From NCBI GenBank assembly GCA_037379345.1, contig CM074514.1, positions 8,680,001 to 8,744,000 on the forward strand: DNA of 64,000 bases. The letters are read 5' to 3'. This document shows positions 41,301 through 52,649 of this stretch, one piece after another (the stretch's first letter is position 1; each line of letters begins with the position of its first letter). Source of the DNA: Perna viridis. Its lineage: Eukaryota. The translations under genes were made by a program, and so were the position numbers. A model generated the notes under the pieces. The model worked only from the letters and a program-made list of their open reading frames with translations, made no database searches and was not told the DNA's origin.

Positions 41301-44300
41301 TAGATACTGAAACATGAAATCCCGAAGAACCTCATAATGGACCAGATAAATCCCCATATTCAGAATGCAGTCACTACTGCCGTCATAATAAGATGTTTTC
41401 CCACAAGAGGGCTCTGTGCATTTCCGTGAAAAAGCTGAAAATAAAACCTTAAAAATAAATGTCACATATTCCCTCACCCCATTTAGACAATCATCATTTT
41501 TTGTCAGTTATCCTGTAATATCAGGAACTGTTCTCTAATAGCAGAATTTTCCTAACTATCTCTTTAAAAAATATTTTACAAATAAGGGTGTTTTAAAGTT
41601 CAAACTAATCTACACAGGCAGATATAGCAGGCACATTCAATATTCTTTCCTTTTTAAATATTATCAAAGCCTTTGACTCTCGTGCTTGAGTTGTATGCGA
41701 TTATTTATTTATGAGTTTTGGAAAGTGTGTTGGAAAGATCCTGTTTACAGCTTTCCAACATTCAAAATTCTGTTGAATCACTTATCTTGTACATTTGGCT
41801 AATATCTGTTGAGGTTCTGATTCATTTCACTATTTTTGGCTATGGATGTAATTAGATATTATGAAAGTCTAACTGGTCTTCCACATTTTAGGCCTCTAGC
41901 GTATCTGATGAAGGTTAATCCAGAAAAGGAGAATGTGGGTGGTGTCTTTTTGACATATTTGCAGAAAATAAAATATTTTGAAATTCAAAGAAAAAGTCAT
42001 GTAGTCAACCTAGTAATAAAGGATGAGTGTCAATAAGAGGTGAATTTGGCCCAAAATTAAGACTATGTCATACAACCCTATTTTTTTCTGAAATATTATT
42101 TCTATCAATGTCTTTCAATTATTTGAATTCATAAACATCTAAATTATATGAGTTCCATAAAAAACACATGTTGAAATTGCGCTTTTAATGTGAAATGTGC
42201 TGATTTTTCTTAAAAATCTAAAAATTTCATATGGTTTTCATTCAAAACGAAAGTGGCCGCATGTGAACAACAGAAAAATAGTTTGCAGAAAGTTTTATTA
42301 TTATAATATCTTTTATGCCTTCAAATATTTTCCTGTTGTTTCGATGCGGCCATTGTTAAAAGTAAGAAAATTGTTATAAAAATCTTTGATTTAGACGAAA
42401 ATTTGCATATTTTGACGTCATAAAGCAGTTTTATGGCGTCATATTTGTAAAACCTTAATCTTATACTGACAAAATGATGTTATATATGTAAGAGTAGCTA
42501 TCTAGCAATGTAAATATTTATTTAAACACCAACTAATCAGAAAAGTAATTTTAAGCAAAGGTTTGGGGCCAATAATGGGGCTTATTGACCCTCATCCTTT
42601 GTTCTAAATTTCAAGAATACATGTATTACAATATGTAAAAAAAGTTACCTACTTTGCACATCAAGGCAGTCATATCTGGTTAACAGTTTGGACACTGGTT
42701 CCTTGATGAACTCTTCAGGTAATCCACTGCCACACTCTACACACCTTTGTTGATGGTCAAACAACTGGTAAGATCCATCAACAAGACAAGAATTTTGAAT
42801 AAAAGGAGTCTTTATTTTATCAGTCATGGCCCTGGTGAGGATGAATGGTGTCTTTTTTGTTGATAGACATTTCAAGATACTAGGGTTTCTTTTTTGGTAT
42901 TTTTCCAATTTTCCAACTATGCTGTCAACAATTTCTGGTAATTCCAAGTCCTCATATTTTCTAAGAAGGTTGTCTACATGATTTGTGTGGATGCAGTCTT
43001 TGGATTTACAAAAACAACAAGTCATCTGCCCAAACAAAATTTTAACAACAGAAATGTTCGAATTGCAATCAACAACATAATGGTCGTCGAGGAAGGGAAT
43101 TTCACAAATATCACTCATCTGAAATATGAGTTAACATTGATAAGCTAAAATATAAATGTGATTTAAAGTTTTCATTTTTCATTAAAATATAAAACATATT
43201 CGACTCTTTATTGTTAGCACAGGTTTCATAACCACTATTTGTATCCTGCCTTTTGCTGCCACTAGTATTCCACATCTTCAGATATCACTTAAGCTTTCCA
43301 ACAAAAGTTTTGCCTTGCAGCAATGTCAATAATTACCAAATAATGTTGATTATACTTAAGACAATAAGGATAAAACATCTAGCAATCCATTTCTATTTCT
43401 AAATAAAATTTGAAAAGAATCATTAAAATCAGGAATATGTTTAGGAAACATGATGCCCCATCTTACAAAATGTTAGAATAACTAAACTATAGGTAAACTT
43501 GAGTAATACCATCCCTTTTTTATATGATCATTCATCCACAACATTAATGAGGCCGTCATTTTTTTTATGGTGATTTTTTTTATTCATACCCTTATGCATA
43601 TGTGTATAAAGATTCATGACAATCAGATACTCCCATCATGGAAAAACTACAAAACAAATGTACCTTCAACCTGTAGGTAAACCTAAGTACAACAACCCCC
43701 CTTTTTTATCAATAAACCATGAAGTTGTCGAGGCAAGCAAATGTGATGATTTTTGTTTTATGCTATTATGATGCATATGTGCATGGGGTTTCTTGATGAT
43801 AAGATACTTGATCCTGAACCTGATCTGGGATGGACAAACAGATGGATGGAGAGACAGACGGAAGGATGGACAAACAGACCAGAACATTATATGCCCTTTC
43901 TATTTCTTGACGGGGCATAAAAAACATTATTAAACATAAGGAAATTTTCTAACTCAAATTTGATGAATACTATGTTTTTACATGCTGTACTTACATTTAA
44001 ATCTGATTCTTCCATTCTACTCTTACTGTAAACATGGTCAATATCTAAGAAATAATGAAATAAAATATAATGAATGTTACGAATGAATTCAATGATAATC
44101 ATTGACTAAAATCAATCACAATTGATTATAAACTATCATCATCAAGGACTATAACGCAATCACCATGGACTATAAACCAATCACCATGGACTGTAACCCA
44201 ATCACCATTGACTATAACCCAAACACCATGGACTATAAACCAATCACCATGGACAATAAACCAATTACCATGGAAAATAAACCAATCACCATGGACTATA

Positions 44301-47300
44301 AACCAATCACCATGGACCATAACCCAATCACCATGGACAATAAACCAATCACCATGGACTATAACCCAAACACCATGGACTATAACCCAATCACCATGGA
44401 CAATAAACCAATCACCATGGACTATAAACCAATCACCATGGACTATAAACCAATCACCATGGACTGTAACCCAATCACCATGGACTATTAACCATTCCAA
44501 ATAGTACATGTGTAGTAGAAGAATTAGAAGTATGATATCAAAATCTTATTTTTACAAATTTATATTATATGGTGTTTGATTACTAACAACATTAAATAAT
44601 TATTTTCTCTGTCCCTTTTAAATAAACTATATATTTAATGTTATAAATCCCCATAAACAAGAATAAGTATGGATTCTTTTACATACTTCACAGCAATTGT
44701 ATCTTTACATATACTGTGGTTTCATTATATTTTGTAGGGTATCAATTTTTGTGGTTTTTTCTGGGTGTCACTGATCCACGAAAAAGGAAATTTGACATTA
44801 CTCTCAGTCTGTATGCTATTGACTGCAGAACCATACATTCAAGAATCAACAAAGTGATCCTCTCTTATCAAGCCACAAATATTAGTACTAACAAAAATAC
44901 ATGAAACTACAGTACTTAAATTCTTAGTTGATATAAATTACCTAGAATATCTTCATCAACTTCTGTGCCCATCAAAATGTTGTAGTACACATGTTTAATA
45001 ATCATTATGTGGAAACAGGGAGGGAACATTTCATCAATATCTGAAAATTAAGAATATCTACGTTTAAATACTAACAATCAAAGATAGAAATAAAATAACC
45101 TGATTCATTACAAGTTAACTACAGGTTGCCTTTATAATGTAATTATTATGCCCTTGTGACGACTTGTTGGGGGAGACATTAAAGCGGCTCTATCTAAGAT
45201 TTTGAAAAAAATATTTTTTGTATAAAATTAATCTGCAAAGTTAAAATATACATGACTGTATTGCTATAAACACCAAACTGTAAAATAAATATCGTTGGAA
45301 TAATATTAAATCAGCAACATAACACATGTAAACATTATTGGCTTGCAAGCCTTTAATTTAAACTGATAAATTCCCGTTTATTTCCGTATGCACACGACCT
45401 TAGTGTGAACCCTGTCGACTGAGCATATGCACGGTTTAACTTCTGAAAACAAACATTCCAACACAATGAACGGATGGTATATATTCATTTTAATAAGCTC
45501 TCTAGCCTTTTCAATTAAATTGGAATAATTAGTAGGTAAACAGAAGAAAGTCTCCATGAATTCAATACACGTGCTTATCTCCGAATCCATTTTTTGTTTA
45601 CTTTTGAATGGGTCATTATCAGGTCAAATGCGATTCGGCAATCTTCGACGCCACATACGGAAACTAATTTGCTGACCTTCATCAATAGGATGATAATAAA
45701 ATTCTGACGATTTGAGTGGTAATTATCCACTTGTTATTCATAATTATGTAACAAACGCTACTCAGGTGTTCATTTTAGTACTGTATTCATCTAATTAACG
45801 TGTTTCGCATGTAAACAAAAATGATGATTATCTTAGATAATGCCCCTTTAAGTTTTACCCCTATCGATCCGTCTGTATGTCAGTCCAAACAAATTTCCTT
45901 TAAGCTTTTCTTAGAAACAGTACATGATAATGATTTGAACTTTTGTACGATCGTTCTGTAAATGTGACTTTCAGACACCTACTTCCTATTTAGGGCCGGG
46001 CCAATATGAAAGTTTCCATGAATTGAAAATTTCTGTGCAGCTTATCTGAAAAACCATACATAACAATGGTTTGAGACTGGATACGACATTTCATTAATAC
46101 AAACTGTGCATCCTTTTCAGATCTGTTGGGCCCCTACTTCCCATTTGGACAGTAAGGGCATCTGTGTCCTATGGACACATTCCTCCATTTTTTCAATAGA
46201 TACTCCTCACCATATTGCAATGATGTCAACTTCTGGTCAACAAAATTTTTTTTTAGCATTACTGTCTAAGTTGCTCTAAAGAATTGTATGAACCATAAAT
46301 GTTCTTAATTTGAAAAAAAAACAAATATTGAGCAAAACAATGCCAGGAAAATATTTTTTAAAGTTTGCATAATACTTTGTCAACCCTGAATCAAGTTAGA
46401 ATATGGGTATCTAACTGGTGGCTCAGCTATTTGAACATTTAACATAAAATCAATTTATTTACAATCTAATAGAATCTGTATCCTTTTAATAAGGTTTGTT
46501 CTATACAATAAAATGTTATGATGAATATACCTTCTTTGATATCTCCTGACATATTATCCAAATAATTCCTCCTGATATCATTGCACGTACATGAGAAACC
46601 ATGAGAAGTCCGCATCACAATCTGTGGCCTTTTCTGGAAATAAACAAAGAAGTAAAAATTAATTAGAATTAGTAAAAAAAAATTCACTATAGAATTAAAT
46701 GCAGATTTTGTAAGTTTCAAGCGATATGAAAGACAGTGACGAAACACATTTTGCATGAAGCGCGGAAGCGCTTCTTGCTAAAAATGTGCCAAGTCTTACA
46801 AAACTTGCAAAAACTGCATTTAATACTTATAATTACATATTTAAATGAGTCAAATAGTTTATTAACAAGTTTTTAATGAGAAATTTTAATTCTAAATTAA
46901 GCGTGTAGTAATATTGTTACTATCACGTGGATGCCACGCGCGTGAAAATAGTCACTTTTTTCATGTGATATGAAAACAGGTAACCAAATCACATGATACA
47001 TGTCTCGACCAATGACATAACGGAATTTAAATGAAATATTGACACACTGTAATTATTTCAATTTAATGAGAGGCTAATAGGTGCCTGAATTATCAAATCT
47101 GCTTTCGTTGTATACCGAGACTTCTGATGTCATGTGAATCCTTCATGCAGATCTACATATGATGAACTTCGTTTATATTAGATTCATCAAAATCTATCAA
47201 GCCGATCAGGCAAAGTTGCACCTACAAGATATGTGGCCAGATGGACAGACAGGGTGATTCCAATATACCACAAAACCCCGTTTGTGGGGTTAAAAAACAA

Positions 47301-48769
47301 TTAACTTTTGATTTATAAAGTGTTCCCATACCTGATAACTGCAATCATTCTTTTGATGTACATGTACATGTACATGTATGTAGTAAAATATTAGTAGTAG
47401 TTCTTCAATTTTAAATCAAACATATTGCATGTGTATCAACATGTATTCATAGGATAAAATTGAAACAATTTTTTTTCTTGTCAGTCTGTATTATTATCGA
47501 TTTCCATGGATTGCAGATAACAAATGTGTATCAGATAAATCAACTTAGCTACTGATGATGAAAAAATAAATACATAACGATGATAATACAATAATCATAG
47601 CATAGTGAGAGCACAACTCTTATAATACATACCTGTAGAATTTTCTTATCTGAATCAAAGTCAAGAACAACAAAGATGTCTTTTTTGCTAGTTACAACCA
47701 TATATCCAGGTATACCAAGAACACCACTTTTATACGTCTCAAAAGCATCTGCTTTAGACTGATAAACAGAGGTTTGAACTCCACTTGAAGAAGGCTCAAT
47801 CTAAAAAAGGAATTTAGATCAAGTTATCATATTCATTTAAACAAATTGCTTTAAACTCATGTCATTTATTTGATATAGCTTTGTTGTGTATGGTAAAAAA
47901 TAAAAAAGTTTTTATTTTATACATAACTGATATCAATCGATTACATTTTTTTCTCAACCTTAAAAAAGGCCAGTCAATTAATTGATTCATCAGAAATTAT
48001 AAACAAAGTAAAGATGTAGCAGTCAAGAATTGAAATAAGTTTCAATCATATCTTTTTTTGATTTGGCATGAAAAAAAATTGGTTAATGTATGATCTCTTT
48101 TAAAATGCCTGTTTCATATCAGTACCATTGCACAACCATATGTATGTGTGCAATTTTATTTGATTTAGCCTTCTCTTTTTACGTCATACACACTCAGTAA
48201 TCTTGTTACCTTATTTACAAAAGAAATATGAGGGAGATAAAATTACATTAAAATGGCTGCTGGTGGAATTCTCATGGGAATTTTCTTCTACTCTTCTTGT
48301 CTTTGGCTTAAAAGCACTATGTGAGTCGACATTCAATTTTCTCTTTTCTTTACCGTGCAGCTTGGAGTAATCCAATCCAATCTCATCCACTGTACTGTAG
48401 GGAGACTTGAAATCTGACAACTTGGCCTTTTCAACCAAAAAACATTAAGATGTATCATTATCACATTTTTATATCAAAATTACATAGTTTATAATTTACT
48501 TAAAAGTCATTAATTCTTAATGGGTATGTGTATAGCTTTTCACAATAAAATCAATCTAATCTTGACCTTGAAATTTGATTGATAAAAGATAGTCCATTAG
48601 TTGCAAAATAGTTAAAGTATATTCCATTAGTTATATTCTTACATTTTGTCTTATAAGATATTGAAAAATAATTTCAACTCAATTGTTTTGGCATTTACAT
48701 GCACAGTTACTTAAATCATCTACCAATTGGAAAAAAAAATTTACTGACCTTCTTCTTGTTCATTTCCAT
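38342..48769 (-). CDS. SWIM/CxC zinc-finger + KDZ (Kyakuja-Dileera-Zisupton)/HMGXB3-like transposase-type protein, 11 exons, about 700 aa, C-terminally truncated
   Basis: Phase-consistent GT-AG exons 48769-48749, 48426-48247, 47800-47633, 46633-46531, 45040-44942, 44044-43995, 43118-42653, 41434-41293, 40697-40413, 39424-39255, 38769-38342. Motifs FSCTC...PCFH, CCFC..DCIH, CVECG...RKC..SC..YDG, FICNHPSCGTSPKMLVMDGTSLG, GSKHQDRIFI, FFPNLPKLCQRGEY.MD. Confidence 0.7.
38890..39150 (-). mobile_element. CR1-type LINE RT C-terminal fragment in intron
   Basis: FNQSKCRHMHLG...EKD...IDKKLNFQEDI..VDKANQKLGLINRSFKYFD..FLQLFKS.IR. Confidence 0.8.
40133..40310. mobile_element. Tc1/mariner(pogo)-type MITE
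   Basis: TIRs CAGTCAAACCTG..TAAAGGTCACC and GGTGACCTTTA..CAGGTTTGACTG, flanked by TA on both sides. Confidence 0.9.
42018..42600. mobile_element. MITE with about 20-bp TIRs (Kolobok/piggyBac-like ends)
   Basis: aaaggatgagtgtcaataag ... cttattgaccctcatccttt. Confidence 0.75.
43750..43925 (+). mobile_element. HINE/DINE-like element end (GACG/GATG microsatellite, hairpin, ggggcataaaaa)
   Basis: tatgccc...ggggcata terminal stem after a tetranucleotide tract; similar ends near 39850-39925 and 47240-47295. Confidence 0.55.
44135..44490 (+). repeat. Minisatellite C, 21-bp unit CCAATCACCATGGACTATAAA
   Basis: Roughly 16 units in an intron of the KDZ-like gene. Confidence 0.95.
44712..44914. mobile_element. 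TA-flanked MITE
   Basis: tactgtggtttcat ... atgaaactacagta. Confidence 0.65.
45179..45851. mobile_element. TTAA-flanked MITE (Kolobok/piggyBac-like) nested in a HINE-like element
   Basis: ttaaagcggctctatctaagat ... atcttagataatgcccctttaa. Confidence 0.7.
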
Positions 48770-49089
48770 AGCTACAGTATAAAGTAAAATCAGTATTGAA
48801 GATTCTGTATCTAAAAAAATGATAATTATCACATCAATTATTCTTTGGCAAATAAAGATTGACTAAACACACAACAATGAGAACATGTAGTAAGCTTATA
48901 TCAAATTATCATTAATGTAATTAATTTCTGATATGCATAAACATGTATATTTTGGTGTTAAAGAATAATCTGAATGGTGACATAAGTAGAAAATGTGGCG
49001 ACAAACAAACAATAATAATTTTGTTGTAAAAAACATATGGTGAAACACTTATGAAGTGGGGTGATGTCCTGTGTGAAGTGTGGAAACAA

Positions 49090-50072
49090 ATAGCATGGTG
49101 ATACATGTGTAGTATGGTGATTGGAAAACATGTGTTTGTGGTGGTAAAATATCAAATAGCATGGTGATACATGTATTTAGTATTTAGTGTAGTGATATGA
49201 GACCATATGTTTGTCATGGTAAATTATCAAATAACATGGTGATACATGTATTTAGTGTAATGATATGAGAACATATGTTTGTGGTGGTAAAATATCAAAT
49301 AACATGGTGATACATGTATTTAGTGTGGTGATATGAGAACATATGTTTGTGGTGGTAATATCAAATAGCATGGTGATACATGTATTTAGTGTGGTGATAT
49401 GAGAACATGTTTGTCGTGGTAACATATCAAATACCATGGTGATACATGTATTTAGTGTGGTGATATGAGAACATATGTTTGTCATGGTAAAATATCAAAT
49501 AACATGGTGATACATGTACTTAGTGTGGTGATATGAGAACATATGTTTGTGGTGGTAAAATATCAAATAACATGGTGATACATGTACTTAGTGTGGTGAT
49601 ATGAGAACATATGTTTGTGGTGGTAAAATATCAAATAACATGGTGATACATGTATTTAGTGTGGTGATATGAGAACATATGTTTGTGGTGGTAAAATATC
49701 AAATAACATGGTGATACATGTATTTAGTGTGGTGATATGAGAACATATGTTTGTCATGGTAAAATATCAAATAACATGGTGATACATGTGTTTAGTGTGG
49801 TGATATGAGCACATATATTTGAGGTGGTAAAATATCAAATAGCATGGTGATACATGTATTTAGTATGGTGAGTTGAGAACATATGTTTGTGGTGGTAAAA
49901 TATCAAATAACATGGTGATACATGTATTTAGTGTGGTGATATGAAACATGTTTGTGGTGGTAATATCAAATAGCATGGTGATACATGTGTGTAGTGTGGT
50001 GATATGAGAATATATGTTTGTGGTGGTAAAATATAAAATAACATAGTGATACATGTATTTATTGTGGTGATA
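49090..50072 (+). repeat. Minisatellite D, 68-bp unit made of three TGGTG-containing subrepeats
   Basis: TTTAGTGTGGTGATATGAGAACATATGTTTGTGGTGGTAAAATATCAAATAACATGGTGATACATGTA, roughly 14 copies. Confidence 0.95.
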
Positions 50073-50099
50073 CAGATCTTGATTCGTATAACTTAACAA

Positions 50100-50420
50100 A
50101 TGTTTCGTTCGTTTATTCGTTTTCCGTTCGTTTGCTAATCGTTTTCCGTTCGTTCGTTTGTTCGTGTGATTGTTCGTTCGTTTGCGTCAATCGTTCGTTC
50201 GTTCGTTCGTTTACAGAAAAGAACGAACGCTGACCTGAATCGTTTATGGAAATTACCGGACGATTCCGAATGATTCCGAACGAACTGACGAACGCTCTGA
50301 TCGTTTACGGAAACACAAGAACGATTTCACATTACGAATATTGATGAAGAATGATATTATCGTTTCCGGAAATCAACGAAGGCCCAAACGAACGAACGAA
50401 CGAAGGAAACAAACAAATAG
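50100..50420. repeat. CpG-rich tract: (CGTT)n on the left switching to (AACG)n on the right
   Basis: Read directly from the sequence. Confidence 0.85.
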
Positions 50421-51894
50421 GAAACAGATAAAATTTGTGTGAGTATCACGCGAGTTGCGTGACACTTAAAATGTCTGATTACACAAAATCACACAGGTTC
50501 CCGCAAAACATTTGACGTCATAATTCAGAACTGATTACTCTTTTTACGTCAATAAGGTCATTCAGAGCGGAAGTTGCAGTCATTCGGAGCATTTAGCTGA
50601 CCAAAAAGTGTAAATATGTCTATTGACGGGTACACAACAAAGTGAAACTGGAAAGTTTACATTATTTATGATATCTATCTTTGGTGGATCTTGATATTCT
50701 CAAATGGGAGTAAGCACCTTTCATTTAATAGTTTAATACATTTCTTCACCAATGTTACCATCAGACAGGGGTTGCACACCTGATATGCCAGTACTATATA
50801 GACAATATTGATTATTATGAAATCTACTTTCATGCCATTTTTTCTGAAAATGTGTATCTAACAGTCGATACTACTCAATGATAGGTATGTGCAGCGTCGA
50901 AACGTTTTCCCTTCTTACTTTAACTGTGGTATTACCTGAAGAAAGAGTTCCATATTTTTTAAAATAATGTTTTTAAAGTAAGCAAGATCATCGGTTACAC
51001 ATGTAGCTGTAACGTTGTTATATTTTTTGGTAATAGGATATATCAACATAAAAGTAACTCCACGTTAAAGAGCTACTATTAAAGATTTGACCAATCAAAT
51101 TGTGGTGATAGTCGATGTTACTATATCTAGATTCTTTGATATAATATAGTTCCCTATTTTTCGAACACAGGTATTGATCTTCTTCACAACGCAAGTGCGT
51201 AAAATAAGAGAAATATGAAGTATTCACTTCAGAATTTAAAGTCCATATAATTTAAGGTATTTTTTTTTTTAAAAATGCTATCATAACTATTGTATTGAAT
51301 AAAATGATACACATGCTCTTAACTGTCTAAATATTGTAAACTTCCTTATTTATTAAGTTAAAGGATAAAGATTATTTATGTTCGTGCTTTAGCTGTAGAG
51401 ACAACAACAGTTTTATTATGAACGTAAAAAGTGTCTTTTCCGTGCAAGATTCTTTAAAAATTGTCATACATTTAATACCGATTAACTTTTAAAGTGCTAT
51501 AAATGTTGATTTTGACCTGTCCATTGGCTATCTTGTCGCAAAAATTTTTGCTGATGACTACAACATAGTCTGAATATATTTTGACTTTTTATCTGAAAGT
51601 TATTCATGTCCATTCCATTATTTGTTTTGTGTTGTATTGATCCCCTACTGGAGAGAATAAATATATCAACTGAATGAAATGTGTTATTTTGCAAAGAAGG
51701 CCAACATATATCACACTAGCGACGAAGAACCAGCAACTAACGCAACAAGAAATATGTGTAGAATCGCCTAAACACCCGTTCTACTACATAGAGTGTATAA
51801 ATAACTAAACAAAAGATAATCACGTACAACGAAAATAAACATTGACAAAAGCATCTTTTCCACCCTTCTCAACTTCAATTGAGAAGGTTCGACA

Positions 51895-52059
51895 NNNNNN
51901 NNNNNNNNNNNNNNNNNNNNNNNNNNNNNNNNNNNNNNNNNNNNNNNNNNNNNNNNNNNNNNNNNNNNNNNNNNNNNNNNNNNNNNNNNNNNNNNNNNNN
52001 NNNNNNNNNNNNNNNNNNNNNNNNNNNNNNNNNNNNNNNNNNNNNNNNNNNNNNNNNNN
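51895..52059. other. Assembly gap (N run)
   Basis: 165 N. Confidence 1.
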
Positions 52060-52350
52060 AGCAGCAATATTTCAGCTACATTCAGGAGATGAACATGAAA
52101 TAGATAATAGAATGAACATGAAATGATGATAATGAAATGAAAAAGGGATGGGACACATGGATAATAGGATCGACAATTTTGATTGCCACTAGAAAAAGGG
52201 AGGGATGGTTAGGGTCGGGCAATTTAGCCTCCTGTGGCGGCGCGCAAAGGTTCCTACTGCTATCGAGTACAACAGCAGGATACTTTAACTTGCGATAACC
52301 GTTACATAGCCTGACAACCCCAGCATGTAACACGCCAGTGTAACCCATGG
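52060..52350 (-). mobile_element. Second, shorter copy of the SINE-like element at 19.4 kb
   Basis: Shares aggaacctttgcgc.ccgccacaggaggctaaattgcccgaccct...; its 3' end runs into the gap. Confidence 0.85.
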
Positions 52351-52649
52351 AAGAACTGATCAGATAATTTACCCATAGCAATGACATTAAAGACAAACCC
52401 AGACAAAAAGCCATATATATACATATATATATATATTGCACTATGCCGGAGATAAGGTGCAAGATTTTTCTCGACCTTGACCATTGCTCCCTATGATGAA
52501 GATTGTGATCCCGGTGTATACAAACAAGCATTCGATGCATTGAATGCTTAATTTATTCCAAAATGTAATAAGGTGTTTGACATTTACACATTTAGACAGT
52601 GCAAGCAAATGATGAAATAAAAATCGCATATCATACAATTTTGCACATT

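Noticed and set aside
44126-44509. ORFs with VHGDWFI and DYKPITM repeats
   Set aside because: Minisatellite C inside an intron; the flanking exons splice in phase without it
49090-50072. CRISPR-like appearance of the arrays
   Set aside because: No unique spacers, eukaryotic context, no cas genes
50430-50625. Possible right terminus of the island
   Set aside because: Looks like a separate common dispersed repeat; no match to the left-edge palindrome and no TSD found
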